IMG/VR virus record: IMGVR_UViG_3300031951_000003
Location: 1-64,000 of that record
Reading direction: 5' to 3' (one strand)
DNA length: 64,000 nucleotides
Shown here: positions 39,301-48,467 of the stretch, in pieces
How the letters are laid out: every line of letters begins with the position of its first letter
Position numbering within the stretch: the stretch's first letter is position 1
Program-made: the position numbers and the translations under genes
Notes under the pieces: generated by a model
Seen by the model: only the letters and a program-made list of their open reading frames with translations
Databases searched by the model: none
What the model was told of the DNA's origin: nothing

Positions 39301-41042
39301 AATGCCTCTGCTGATGCCATAAGAACTGCGATAATATTTCTAACTGTTGGTTTGAAGCCAATACCGTTTGTTCCACTCTCAATTTTTTCTAAGAGTTTCT
39401 TCGTAATTGAGTCTTCAAACTCTGAAAGTTTTTTATTTGCTTGGGTTTCAAGAAGTGCAATTATTTTGTCAAATCTGTTTTTACCCTCAAAAACAAAAAA
39501 AGGAGGTCTTACATCTTCTAATGTTGTTTGACCGTTTACATTTTTTGTTTCATATATTGGTGTTGTTAAGTTTTTTAGCTGGTCTTTCAATTGATTAATC
39601 TGCGTAGGATTCGGTTTCAAAATACCCGTTTGGATTTTTGTTGTTTCCTCCCAATTAATCTGACTTTCTGTAGGTGCTGGTTTGATACTAATTGTAGAAT
39701 ATACAATCGGGTTAGTAATTTTAGATGGTCCGTCATCCCCTAAAGTTGGATTTTTTGAAAGTTGTAAATTATATTCTGTAATAATTTTCTGTAACTGTGA
39801 TTCGGCCTCTAACTTAGCTTTCAAATCAATTTCTTTGAAGAAATACGCTCTCTCACCTGTTTTTAGAATAACTGGGTTAGGGTTCAAGTATCTATTGAAC
39901 CATGACGTTTGACCTCCCCTTACACCTTCAAAATAGTTTCTGAGTGAAGTTTTATAGTTTCGAATGTTAGTCAAAGGCGCAACTTCAACAGGGTTAAACT
40001 GACTAGCAACGTTTTGTTCAAATAACTCAAGAGCGTTTACAAATTGTGGGAATGAATACTCAGGGAAGTCAGGAGGTATCAAACCCTTGGATTTATATTC
40101 ACTATAAACTTCTCGTATTTTTTGATACCCTCTCTCTGCAGTTATTTGGACAGTATTCTCATTTTGTCTTCCGTCTGTGGCGGTAAGAAGTTTAGTTTGG
40201 GTTGCAGCATTTGTTTCCTGTGATTTCAGATTAGATTGTGGACCAACAGGGTTTGTTGTTACATTGAATTGTTGAGAATACATGTGCGGTGTCGCAATAA
40301 GATGTCCTACCGCAATCTCATTTAATATATTAAACTTATATCCTTTGAAATCTAAATCAATTTGATAATTCCCACTAAACGTGTTGAACCTGGCATTAAA
40401 GGTTTCCAAATTCAATTGATATCTTATTGCTTGACCATAAAAACCTTTGAGTGTTAGATAAAATGGTGGATATGGTAAGTTAAAGAAAGCCGCATAGGGT
40501 GAGTTATTACCCAACTGAAATAAGGCTCTTCCTTGAATATCCTCCAAAGAAATTCTCACACTTGGTATGAAGGACATGTTTGTGTCGATAGTGATTTGTG
40601 TAATCCCCAACAAACCGTTATCCAACACATCAGATAAATCATTTGGTCTATCGACTATATAAGCCTTAGTCCCATCTTTAGGAACAACAGTTCCCGTATA
40701 CATTTGATTGACCCCTTTAAACTTTGTTGTGTTGTCTCCAGTAATCTCATCATAATAACCTGTTCCTAAGAATGAATCTTTTGTCGGTTTTAAAAAATTC
40801 ATTTTCGCTATTGAAACAATTCTTACTCTATCTTCGGGTGATGCCCCCACAGCAAGTTTTGTTCTTGGTAACACTTCGGCTTCCAAGTTAGCATACATAA
40901 CTAAATTTTCGTGGTCGACTAATCTTTCTCTTATCTTTCCGAAAGCATCAATTGTTTTGTTTGGGTCGACTACGATAATGTTGTTATAATCAAACTCGAC
41001 AAGGATATTCCCACTGTTGTCCGCTTGTACATTACCTGCCAT
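33354..41042 (-). CDS. Giant baseplate hub protein (gp27/gpD-like barrel elements, lysozyme-like domain, IPT/TIG domain)
   Basis: 2562 aa. YKCSVVCLGNAIIQP...YLIDSINHSIQPGNFQTTFTGIR (hub C-terminal strands). PIITTFAPTIGNSGTIVQIKG...IRVVVP (IPT/TIG). Lies directly after the gpX-like gene. Confidence 0.65.
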   Translation of the reverse strand: MAGNVQADNSGNILVEFDYNNIIVVDPNKTIDAFGKIRERLVDHENLVMYANLEAEVLPRTKLAVGASPEDRVRIVSIAKMNFLKPTKDSFLGTGYYDEITGDNTTKFKGVNQMYTGTVVPKDGTKAYIVDRPNDLSDVLDNGLLGITQITIDTNMSFIPSVRISLEDIQGRALFQLGNNSPYAAFFNLPYPPFYLTLKGFYGQAIRYQLNLETFNARFNTFSGNYQIDLDFKGYKFNILNEIAVGHLIATPHMYSQQFNVTTNPVGPQSNLKSQETNAATQTKLLTATDGRQNENTVQITAERGYQKIREVYSEYKSKGLIPPDFPEYSFPQFVNALELFEQNVASQFNPVEVAPLTNIRNYKTSLRNYFEGVRGGQTSWFNRYLNPNPVILKTGERAYFFKEIDLKAKLEAESQLQKIITEYNLQLSKNPTLGDDGPSKITNPIVYSTISIKPAPTESQINWEETTKIQTGILKPNPTQINQLKDQLKNLTTPIYETKNVNGQTTLEDVRPPFFVFEGKNRFDKIIALLETQANKKLSEFEDSITKKLLEKIESGTNGIGFKPTVRNIIAVLMASAEAFIRLLDDVHTSAWALKYDDVRKKAILENPSSAPGSDTVDEIKITRQAIESSTGLKYAEIPVYPWPQFFVETPEDKKGRFQLKYIADPTVVELTGGWDYSKWPEVQFVEEYMRGLTMKFNPPLAPPPLDNQIETNLININAIEFPTVGVAYTNKEEIKFFYEIYERQLVTSRYSNYIRANQNQIDELIKLNTETEVNNIVKSLGLNSPYITMKLKNYAINSSNYLSFLENISNQGTGRAWQDFIRDFYVTPYLRNLTENSFAILNLDEQGKLPQSTAQSLALESLVTNSTNIPNVTDTIPFTDPQWNIKNLSNGDGSTLDEVYNTNRVLTIFDARKIISNFNNIYNVNEKRPVTNFSYLKNDNPNSTVTDLADNDVSLSSFYQTRTPIDFMATEGYYIHTPPTFSEDVPLENEFPRLTTTSMLNTPYFVNAIQNGVQNQRASLAYPYVQAGYLFINSLPLASLREKYKTQANGAQTDLDYIASCFKKFGAIHKLPYAWILKFGSIWHRYKVYKQSNTDILQTAWTNFNQVQNFSPIQNSPSQTYSFKYGTADREIALEKTDTTNVNLQVGFYPKVINDFYKFCIGYDVYKDYTNAEIQNTIKGGMKVYNYVQSNIQTQQEDKVLRLTTWSVLIPGGISSTEENCGTDSVTKQTIYFVVPSFGSSVNQTSDECIVNTNNQSSTVVNLNNNSAVYNGSVRTMWSAPNYGYFDGSAVVKPTPEQYVNRILPNTDEQSPFILLDSNEYSNIEEIFSVFDKKILDSFEQEFLNFCKPITDADTAPTNLGIGETSVSGDINFRNFQSLFKSLITVIPQLPATNETEYFNEVINLQYSNSQNTLRAFMEYDVLFKYGNPSNYKRRTLDSYLSHGGQPEVTDPIQFQPYVQGSLPSIGGSTTLTLSKTQNVDAWLALELEVGFSSIPSVEYSSNGSYITDFFIDNNIEFTLPNVTILSPIIKMYATYKLSNPNSTVAQFKNALQDLLNSEELLQSNFLNDLLAKLNKALPNQSQIPQGTINSVFTGQQSKVENWEVFKALNDKWIAGGDYKTKTLFEDILFLDRASRNIGQTVLLDIFELKNMIGRNSLNNAMSIFTLISGILIKNNFTVMNLPAYVNFYNIQDVDGTTIPQPEGSLEFANNMWGTFLNVDYRNSSPKMVCTYVGKPSQYLDLPKGNFRFRDDGFEMRRASENPLIENQEGKKDWATSNKCVGFNVDIGNRNQNIFYSFQVEQASGVATSESINTQLNIVNQSTGRNVATQNVSLYNLYKQRSYKCSVVCLGNAIIQPTMYFNLRHVPMFNGPYLIDSINHSIQPGNFQTTFTGIRQGIYDLPAIDSFLQSINQNLLTRLEAILKIKKDVPKPIANTQQQKTDEVVQVSNNTLDAQNSCTSKVDVITYQGYEVQSGTVTELTPQKFKEALEREIPGSDNTLLRFYIYAISYVNSFVKSSNTDAGKFVGYNHNFSLLSLDKNFQPIQTTNLYFNKKYCCVNVTSSGSSNSLPIAAFNSLKEYIGFMRSRLENNLERIRQLKLTKYYVCYWPKESVAENYYELNAESEFSTVIGTMQEAYVSAVQLGIIPKELAEKNDKEAKEIQKDTTVPTPPPPNPGQTCPPPIITTFAPTIGNSGTIVQIKGNCLDSTIAVFINGVQVEPRNITIVNPQTIRVVVPEVGTTVSTGNIKVDTFYGTFTTVSTFNFDPSISPSAASSPGSYVNNASNVTAAASGVITNPQQTGPNPLEIITQTKNTIGGDELLVVKISPNSGTWEMDDQPVMSYTLYTIKKGPNNSITRTVESRQNTRLVGFVSQDKQTFTCSRAALISAEFQGELEDYEGDEIEITTQIKILANNTSTQETVRQNYNFLIYVPPATPSTQTPPGSLVIVSNTNSGELPNFSGPDIYNIKKPTGGYVTLQFSCPNLIQKGEFELVLIPEIEIQSIVITNNPGTKYTNLVETSAKGRFQASVRYKSSSYTHIFPNTSDPVPINAGATSPPFTL

Positions 41043-41355
41043 AATAAAAGAATTGGTTGTCTATTGCCGCTTTATAATCTTGTAATGATGGTATCAATGG
41101 AAATGGAATACTCAAAATTGCACCATCGAAAATATTATTTTCTAAACCCCCAAACTGAGGGTTGGCTTGTAATATCAACCAACCAAAAAATGGTGAGTTG
41201 TAATATTCTTGTGAGACTCTATCTAACCTACTTCTACCAACTTTATAAATGTAAGCCTTATCGGTTGGTTTTGAAGGCAATTGAACATAAGGGACAACTG
41301 TTTGTTCTCCATTAATGATAAATTGACTATATCTATTCCAATATGGATACGCCAT
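41032..41355 (-). CDS. P2 gpX / LysM-like baseplate protein
   Basis: RLDRVSQEYYNSPFFGWLILQANP...GAILSIP. Confidence 0.75.
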   Translation of the reverse strand: MAYPYWNRYSQFIINGEQTVVPYVQLPSKPTDKAYIYKVGRSRLDRVSQEYYNSPFFGWLILQANPQFGGLENNIFDGAILSIPFPLIPSLQDYKAAIDNQFFYYGR

Positions 41356-44300
41356 TAGTTAAGTTTTGCTTTAGATATTAATGCCCCTGAAATGTCATCA
41401 TTCCAAGTGGCTTGGTCGTTCGAGCTGTTTGTTTGTGCAGCCAAACTTTTAATCCAAGATTTTTCAAGGTCGAACAAACTTGGGTCAGGAAACACGTTTT
41501 CCGTTGAAAATCCAAGGATTCTATTCTTTTTGGGGAATGGTGTATAGATTAAGAAATCTTTCAACTCATTCTTAGCCACACTATCCAAGAATCCTTTAGT
41601 TATGTTATTTTCCTCAATATATAAAGGTTTGGATTTTACAATCCAAAAGTCGTCAAAAATCTTACTAACGTCGGCTGTTGAATCTCCTATGAGTGCAGTG
41701 TTATTAATAACGTCTCCGATAATTGATTGTTTGAATGTTTGATATTTCTTGTCATCCAAAATGTCATCAGAGAATATCATATATTGTCTTTTGAAATTAC
41801 CGTTTGTGAACTCATCCTTTTTTGAAAAAGGTTCAAACACTACGTCGGTTGAAGGTGCTCCGTCTGCAATTCCATTCTCAGTTTTATAAACCATAACACC
41901 ATCATAAGTTAAATTGTCTTGAGAATAAACAAAAGAATTTGTCGCCCAAATAATATCATTAAATTCTGAAATATTATCTCTCACTTTTTGTAAATCAATC
42001 ACCAACTCATCCAAGGTATCAGTTGCAGAAGTGGATGAAACATCTACTTCAGATAATCCTGATATTTCATAAACCGTCACATCACCTTTCGCTGATTGGA
42101 ATCCATCGAAAGCAAAACCAGTCGTATAATCATAAGTAATTATGTTGGCTCTTGACCAACTTTGAATATATTGTGTCTCCAGTGTAACCAACTCTTGTGT
42201 TATTTGGGTTACGGCATTTTGGAAAACACCCCTCTTGTTTTTAATAACATTTGAATAGTTTGTCTTAATTGCATTTATTACTCTTGGAGTCAGATTTTTT
42301 GTGGTATCTGAAATGAAGTTGATAAATTGGTCATCATCATTTGTAATGTCTTCCTCCAAATTAGCAAATATCTGATTGAATCTGTTCTCAACATTATTTG
42401 GTTTTCCAAAAATGTATATTGATACTGGTGCGGTATCCACAGATGTTCCTCCGTATGTATAATTTCTCTCAGCCATCCATTGTTGCCTTACCGCGTTATT
42501 ATACTGAGATGTGATTGTAATTTGTTTGTTAACAACATTTTGAAAATAAGTTTGAGTTTGATTGACAAAATTTACCATGAAATCAGAATATGAAATAGTT
42601 CCGTTTTCACCAAAAGGTTGATTCGTTCTGTTTAGAATACTACCGATTGTTTGGTTATTATTTTGTCCATTATTTGGTGCCGCTTGATTAGCTGCAGGTG
42701 GTTTTGGTGGAACCGCCATTGCCAGAAACTCGTCATCTAAGACTTTCAAGAAATCCTCTTGTGCTGTAACATCGGCTCTGTCATCATATATCTCAGTATT
42801 CGCATAATAATTGAATGTCAAAGCGTTTTGTAATCTATCAACAGATTCTTTTAGACCGCTACCCCCAACGAACTTGAAATTCAAACTAACATTTGCAATC
42901 ATTGGTTGAACCCCTATACCCTCAGGATTTATGTCCAACTCCTCATATTGTAATGATAAACTCTCAGGTATGATTTTGGTATTATAAAAATCACCAATTC
43001 TCAAAACTAAAACTGGAGGTGCTCCAAATGTTGTGTTTACAGCATTGTTGTATTGTAACACAGGTGAACCATTGACTTCTTTGATTGTAGGAATTGTGTC
43101 ACCAGGTCTCATACACTGTTGTAAGAATGTTAACCTCGAGTTTAATCCCTCTGGTGTCATTGAGTGGAATGCCGGTGTGAAGAACTTTAGTTTGTCTTTT
43201 AGGTTGTCAAAAACCATAGGTGTTTCTGCCTTTATTGTCTCAAAGTAATCACACTCAGATAGAAGGGACCTAATAACCCTTTTAGTAATGTTATCTCTTC
43301 TTCTCCATTCTCTTGAAATCTCCTCTGTCTCAGTTGTTGTTACAACTGTATTAGACACTAATACATCGGTATATTGAGGTGTGGGAACTGGTTCAGGGGT
43401 GTTGTCGGTGGTATTATCTATGATATTATAGATATAAGCCCTCCTACAGGCCATTGCTCCTGGTGTGAAAACATCTTTAGCTTGAACTTGTATATCTCCA
43501 CCCACAACGCTACTATCGGTGTCAGTGCAATTATATGAGTTTCCCAAATTTTTAACAGATAAATCATATGGTTCAGGTCCTTCAAACTTTCTTGGTTGAG
43601 AAATGAAAGATTCTCCAAACCCTTTACCAGCTTGAACTAATAATCTCCCTTCACTAACGTATTGGGACAATTTAGGGTTTTTATTGAAAAATAATTGAGC
43701 AGACTCAATTCTTCTTTTTGATAACTCTACGTTATAACTTTGTGTTTGTGGTGCGGAACAACTTGAGTCAATTACGATTGTAATAGACCCTTTAGTTTGT
43801 TTTAATTTTGCAACTAAATCATCAATTAGTTTTTGAGCAACTTTAAAGTTAGTATCTACAACAACATCGAAAAAACTTTTTGTATCTGCACTTGTGTCAT
43901 ACTTTGCACGTTGACCATCATATATCAGTTTCTGCTGGTCATATCCTGTAACGTCCCCTTTTTTTGGATAATCATTTGCGAAATACAAACCAACATCTTT
44001 ATATTTTAATAGTTCACTTTCAGTGGGTCCAGGTTGACTGATGTCTTGACCTTGTCCACCATCAACCCCTGTTTGAATCTCAAGTTTAGACCATTCAATT
44101 TGTTCTCTTGTCAACTTCTTTGAGGTAATAGCTTCTTGTAATTGATACAAGTCATTCGGATTGATTGTGTAATACTTCTTAGCTAATTCATATAAATCGT
44201 ATTTCCTACATCCCGCAAAGAATGAATCTATAATACTATTAACTCTTGTTCTATTGGTTTCATTTGCAAGAACCTTGTTGACTATAACATTCAAAACTGA

Positions 44301-46376
44301 AGGATGGTCAACAACTATCTTCCAAGCCAAAGTCCCACCTCTACTTGTTGACTTATATGTATATATTGGCTCTGGTCTACCAAGGAACTCACTAGTGTTC
44401 CATGACGCAGATACGTTTTCATTAAAGGTAAGTCCATAAGGTGGGAACCACATAACCCTTCCTCCATTAGGTCCTCTCTCACAAACAGGTAAATCAGAGA
44501 CTGATGCTCCTGGTGTAGAAGAGGTTCTCCAAGCAAGATTTTCCAATGAGAACATGTATTTTTTTGCAAATGCGGTATTTGTAGTTCCTATTAAATTTGT
44601 AGAACTTTGACCACCTTCTTGTTTGTTTGGAGCAATGTTCAAATTATATGTGTTATCTAAAACTGAATCTACAAATCTTCTTCCATTAATTGTTATACCA
44701 TCTACCTTTTGTAAATCATTATATTGAAGATATGGAGTATCCTTAGCAAAAACTCTACAATATTCTGTTCCAACTTCCTGTCCTACAGCCCCTTCGTATC
44801 TATAAACTCTAGAACCCTTTGTCATTTCTTTATATCCGTCGTTGAAAACTTTGGATACTTGGTCTATGGCATTACCTACGTGTTGTAATCTTTTTCCTCC
44901 TTGTGGTTGACTGTCTATTAATCTTTGAGTGTCATCAAGAATTGAACCCTCTCTAAATCTTCTTTCAGTTGATTCTGTTGAGTTATAGGATGATGGTCTG
45001 AAATCTTCATCTTCTCTTGTCACCTCCCCACCAAGACCCACTCTCTTACCAGCATTTCCCTTGTATTTCGGTGAAACCCAAGTAAACCCACCTTCGATAC
45101 CACCACCGTCACTATACGTTGGTCCATTAGCACCTAATTTTACATCTTGACTAGGTCCTTCATAAAGTTGAGCTAACTCAGTTGGTCCAAAAACAGGAGA
45201 TTGTTGGACTACCCCAAACTCATTTACGGGTAATGCACCCGCAGGAGAAAAGACTTGTGATGGTTCTGATGTTCTTGAACCAACATAATAGTTACTATTG
45301 TCTGATAAACCACCAACAATTGCACCAGCGGCTCTGTCCAAGAAAGTTCTTTCGTAGTTCGGTTTGAATTTGTTAAAATCGATGTTGGCGAAAAGTCTAG
45401 ACTTTTGTCCTCCACCTGTGTTATTAAGGAAGAGTTGAGAACCTGATTGAGGGGCACCTAAAAGTCTATTGAAAAAGTTTCCAACAGCACTTCTTCTAAA
45501 TGCATTCTGTAGTTGTTGTATTGTTGTTGGCTGTCCTGAATTTATTGATGGGTCCCAATAAGAACCTGGGATTGGGGATACAGGTAATATACTTCCAGCA
45601 AGTCTGAGCGCAAAATCTGTTGCGGCTAATATTGGGTTACTTGGGGTTGTAATAGTCCAGTTTGGTTCCAACAATGGAACTCTTCCTGTTATTAAATTCA
45701 AAACATCGTTCCCGCTGTCAACATTGAATAGATTTACTCTACCTAATGTATTTTGTCTTATTTGTGCAGCAATTCTTTCCTCAAAAGATTTCCTCAAGGT
45801 TTGAGCTCCCAACTTGGCAATGAAGGAATCTTGACTCAATAACCCATTACTACCCAGTGGGTCTTTGGTTAATAGAATAGTAACAGGTCCATATAATGAA
45901 GGGACGAATGTTGTCGGGTAGGGTTGATTATTATATAATCTTGTTCCACCTATAACAAAATTAGGTTCAGTAATATATTCCCCACTGTCTAACAGAGCTT
46001 CAGAACCATTTGAATATGCGTTAACCGTTTTCCATCTCAACGATTCAGGTTCGGCCTGACCAAGTAATCTTGCATCTTGTTGACCTGGTCCATATTCTCC
46101 TTGATTTGACTTCGTATTAAGTAATCCTGTCGGGTCTGGTGCTTGTTTATATCCACCGTCTGACCCCCATTGGTTGAGAGGGTAGAGTCTGTTAGCAAAA
46201 CTAGGTTCATCAATAAGTTGGTCTGGACTGTCTTGAACAGAAGAATCGCTTTGGATATATTCCGTGTCTATCGGTTGTGACGGTCTATTAGGAGCCTTAG
46301 CATATGGTGTAAGGTTCCTTGTGAGTAACTTTTTTCTGAATCCTGAGGAAGATGAAAATTCTAATAAACTCGCCAT
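41355..46376 (-). CDS. Large tail-tube initiator-like protein (two gp48/CIS-tube-like domains flanking an OmpA-like domain)
   Basis: WFPPYGLTFNENVSASWN...FLGRPEPIYTY; FGAPPVLVLRIGDFYNTKII; IDSSCSAP..QSYNVELSKRRIES...GKGFGE. Follows the tape measure gene. Confidence 0.65.
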   Translation of the reverse strand: MASLLEFSSSSGFRKKLLTRNLTPYAKAPNRPSQPIDTEYIQSDSSVQDSPDQLIDEPSFANRLYPLNQWGSDGGYKQAPDPTGLLNTKSNQGEYGPGQQDARLLGQAEPESLRWKTVNAYSNGSEALLDSGEYITEPNFVIGGTRLYNNQPYPTTFVPSLYGPVTILLTKDPLGSNGLLSQDSFIAKLGAQTLRKSFEERIAAQIRQNTLGRVNLFNVDSGNDVLNLITGRVPLLEPNWTITTPSNPILAATDFALRLAGSILPVSPIPGSYWDPSINSGQPTTIQQLQNAFRRSAVGNFFNRLLGAPQSGSQLFLNNTGGGQKSRLFANIDFNKFKPNYERTFLDRAAGAIVGGLSDNSNYYVGSRTSEPSQVFSPAGALPVNEFGVVQQSPVFGPTELAQLYEGPSQDVKLGANGPTYSDGGGIEGGFTWVSPKYKGNAGKRVGLGGEVTREDEDFRPSSYNSTESTERRFREGSILDDTQRLIDSQPQGGKRLQHVGNAIDQVSKVFNDGYKEMTKGSRVYRYEGAVGQEVGTEYCRVFAKDTPYLQYNDLQKVDGITINGRRFVDSVLDNTYNLNIAPNKQEGGQSSTNLIGTTNTAFAKKYMFSLENLAWRTSSTPGASVSDLPVCERGPNGGRVMWFPPYGLTFNENVSASWNTSEFLGRPEPIYTYKSTSRGGTLAWKIVVDHPSVLNVIVNKVLANETNRTRVNSIIDSFFAGCRKYDLYELAKKYYTINPNDLYQLQEAITSKKLTREQIEWSKLEIQTGVDGGQGQDISQPGPTESELLKYKDVGLYFANDYPKKGDVTGYDQQKLIYDGQRAKYDTSADTKSFFDVVVDTNFKVAQKLIDDLVAKLKQTKGSITIVIDSSCSAPQTQSYNVELSKRRIESAQLFFNKNPKLSQYVSEGRLLVQAGKGFGESFISQPRKFEGPEPYDLSVKNLGNSYNCTDTDSSVVGGDIQVQAKDVFTPGAMACRRAYIYNIIDNTTDNTPEPVPTPQYTDVLVSNTVVTTTETEEISREWRRRDNITKRVIRSLLSECDYFETIKAETPMVFDNLKDKLKFFTPAFHSMTPEGLNSRLTFLQQCMRPGDTIPTIKEVNGSPVLQYNNAVNTTFGAPPVLVLRIGDFYNTKIIPESLSLQYEELDINPEGIGVQPMIANVSLNFKFVGGSGLKESVDRLQNALTFNYYANTEIYDDRADVTAQEDFLKVLDDEFLAMAVPPKPPAANQAAPNNGQNNNQTIGSILNRTNQPFGENGTISYSDFMVNFVNQTQTYFQNVVNKQITITSQYNNAVRQQWMAERNYTYGGTSVDTAPVSIYIFGKPNNVENRFNQIFANLEEDITNDDDQFINFISDTTKNLTPRVINAIKTNYSNVIKNKRGVFQNAVTQITQELVTLETQYIQSWSRANIITYDYTTGFAFDGFQSAKGDVTVYEISGLSEVDVSSTSATDTLDELVIDLQKVRDNISEFNDIIWATNSFVYSQDNLTYDGVMVYKTENGIADGAPSTDVVFEPFSKKDEFTNGNFKRQYMIFSDDILDDKKYQTFKQSIIGDVINNTALIGDSTADVSKIFDDFWIVKSKPLYIEENNITKGFLDSVAKNELKDFLIYTPFPKKNRILGFSTENVFPDPSLFDLEKSWIKSLAAQTNSSNDQATWNDDISGALISKAKLN

Positions 46377-46389
46377 CAATTATTTTTCT

Positions 46390-46396
46390 ATAAATA
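46390..46396 (-). promoter_or_regulatory. TATTTAT upstream element
   Basis: 13 nt before ATG 46376. Confidence 0.65.
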
Positions 46397-46412
46397 GGTT
46401 ATATAGTATTTT

Positions 46413-48263
46413 TTATTTGGCTTTGGCTATACCAGATGCTGTTGAAGGATTCTTTTGGCTAACCTGAACCATATAATTTTGGACCCCAATTTCTCTAAAT
46501 TTATCACTTAAAATTTTAACTATCTCTTGTTTTTGCGTTTCGTTTAAGGTTTGGTTTCCTTGGATGTTCAAATCAACTTTCAATACACCAAACTCCACTT
46601 TTGAATTTACCTGTGTCCCATAAGGAATCTTACCTTCTTTGGCTAAAGATTCTGCTTTTTTCGAAGCGTCATTCAAAATTTCAGCTTGTTTACTTGCCTT
46701 TGTGTTAGTTGTTTCTTGACCAAGAACTTTACCGAGCACCCACGAACCAGCAGCTTCAACTTTATTATCTGTATTGAGTTTGTTTTTTGATTTTTCTAAA
46801 GCACTTTTTATTGCTTTATTCAAATCATTTTTTATATCATCAAGTTCAGTTCCAAAACTTGCCATGTATTTTTGGATAACCGACAACTTATTTGTGTTTG
46901 GGTCTGCTAATTCATCAACAATACTTCCCATACCCGACATGAATTTTTGAACCTTTTCTCTAACTTCTTTTGTTCCACCTATATCCGAAAGTTCACCACC
47001 AATTGTAGAGATAACATTTCTTGCACCCTCAAATCCTCTTAAGACAGGAGAAGCAGAGGCAAGTCCACCAACCAACTTATTTCTTATTGCAGATACGTCA
47101 GCCTCAATTGACTCCGTATAATTCATTTGACTTCTAACCAAATCCTCTAAAGTTTTTGGTCCTTTTTTTTGTTCCTGTATCAATTTGTCAAATTCTGTTT
47201 GAGTAACTTGTGAAAGTTCTTTTGTAATATACTCACCAGACTTTTCATCTTTGATTTTTACTTCATAGGTCCCCTCACTCGTCATTGTGGCTATGTTAGC
47301 TAAGTATTGTTTGTCCTCTTCACTTGCAATAGAAAGACCTGCAGCACTTACCGCAGATAATCTCCTGTCCAATTCTAAAGCAGCTAAAGACATTTCTCTA
47401 AGTTCTTTAGCACTCATTTGAGTTTGATTTGCAATCTCATTAATTGTCAGAACTCCCTGTGGATTGATTTTGAATGTTTTAGTTTCCTCATCGAAATAAG
47501 AAAACTGTTTTGTCATTTGGGCTAAACTATCTTGTAAACCTGATGGGTCGTTGATGGATTGATTCATCAGTTGAAAAGGGTCAACTAAGTTTCCTACGGA
47601 AACACCTAATCTTTGGAATGCTGATGCTACTTGAATTGCACCCTCAGGGCTCAGAACCTTTTCCGCCAATTGAAAAGTTTGGTTCATGTCAAACCTTAAC
47701 ATTGAGGCTTGTGCTGCCATTTTTGTTAAACCTTTCACACCACCCTCAAACTGATAACGGTTGAGTTGGTCCATGTTTGCAGTCATGTCTTTGACAACCT
47801 CAGCAGCGTTTCCTCCTATACTTTGAACATACTGTATTGATGACTCTAAATTCTTTCCAATGTCTTTCACAGACATACCAACATTCATGAAACTGTTGGT
47901 AAGACTCTCTGCACTCAGGTCTAGAATTTTATTTGCAGCATATAACTTTTCGATTTGTTCTTGTGTTGCCAACACATTCCTGTTTGCCGCTTTGGCAACT
48001 CCTTCGATTGCACTACTAACATCTTGAACTGAACCTCCAAGTCTAAGAACGTCAGGAACTGAATCCGCAACTGCCTGCTGAAGTTCAACTACTCTTTGTC
48101 TTCCTTGGGTGAATACCTTATTGATATCGGTTGAGGCCTGACTCAATCTTGTGACCGCTGAAGCAAAGTCTTCTACACCAATATCTAAAAGCGATTTTAT
48201 CCTTGCGGCAAATCCTTCTGGTGTTGTTTCCCCGCCTATTTGTCCTCCGTAATCTGCTTGCAT
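46413..48263 (-). CDS. Tape measure protein
   Basis: 616 aa, Ala/Gln/Leu-rich helical composition, canonical position after the tube and chaperone. Confidence 0.72.
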   Translation of the reverse strand: MQADYGGQIGGETTPEGFAARIKSLLDIGVEDFASAVTRLSQASTDINKVFTQGRQRVVELQQAVADSVPDVLRLGGSVQDVSSAIEGVAKAANRNVLATQEQIEKLYAANKILDLSAESLTNSFMNVGMSVKDIGKNLESSIQYVQSIGGNAAEVVKDMTANMDQLNRYQFEGGVKGLTKMAAQASMLRFDMNQTFQLAEKVLSPEGAIQVASAFQRLGVSVGNLVDPFQLMNQSINDPSGLQDSLAQMTKQFSYFDEETKTFKINPQGVLTINEIANQTQMSAKELREMSLAALELDRRLSAVSAAGLSIASEEDKQYLANIATMTSEGTYEVKIKDEKSGEYITKELSQVTQTEFDKLIQEQKKGPKTLEDLVRSQMNYTESIEADVSAIRNKLVGGLASASPVLRGFEGARNVISTIGGELSDIGGTKEVREKVQKFMSGMGSIVDELADPNTNKLSVIQKYMASFGTELDDIKNDLNKAIKSALEKSKNKLNTDNKVEAAGSWVLGKVLGQETTNTKASKQAEILNDASKKAESLAKEGKIPYGTQVNSKVEFGVLKVDLNIQGNQTLNETQKQEIVKILSDKFREIGVQNYMVQVSQKNPSTASGIAKAK

Positions 48264-48279
48264 AATTTAGTAATATTAT

Positions 48280-48286
48280 ATAAATA
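48280..48286 (-). promoter_or_regulatory. TATTTAT upstream element
   Basis: Directly after the terminator, 16 nt before the tape measure ATG. Confidence 0.65.
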
Positions 48287-48314
48287 CAAAAGGACTGATT
48301 TTTCAGTCCTTTTG
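48287..48314. terminator. Bidirectional-type terminator between the chaperone extension and the tape measure
   Basis: caaaaggactga-tttt-tcagtccttttg perfect 12-bp inverted repeat. Confidence 0.8.
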
Positions 48315-48467
48315 ATTTTCTTCAACCCATTTATCCAAAATATATCTTCTCACAAAAAGAGGCATTTTTTCAAAATCGGTCCAACTTATATTCAACAATC
48401 TATTCAAATAATAGAATTCATCAATTTGACCTTTCCTATAATCCGAAGAAAGGGCGAAAAAATTCAA
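48303..48467 (-). CDS. C-terminal extension of the tail assembly chaperone (GT/gp51-like), probably reached by frameshift
   Basis: Hand translation (L)NFFALSSDYRKGQIDEFYYLNRLLNISWTDFEKMPLFVRRYILDKWVEENQKD*. No ATG before residue 35. Overlaps the chaperone 3' end in the +1 frame. Confidence 0.75.
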   Translation of the reverse strand: MNFFALSSDYRKGQIDEFYYLNRLLNISWTDFEKMPLFVRRYILDKWVEENQKD

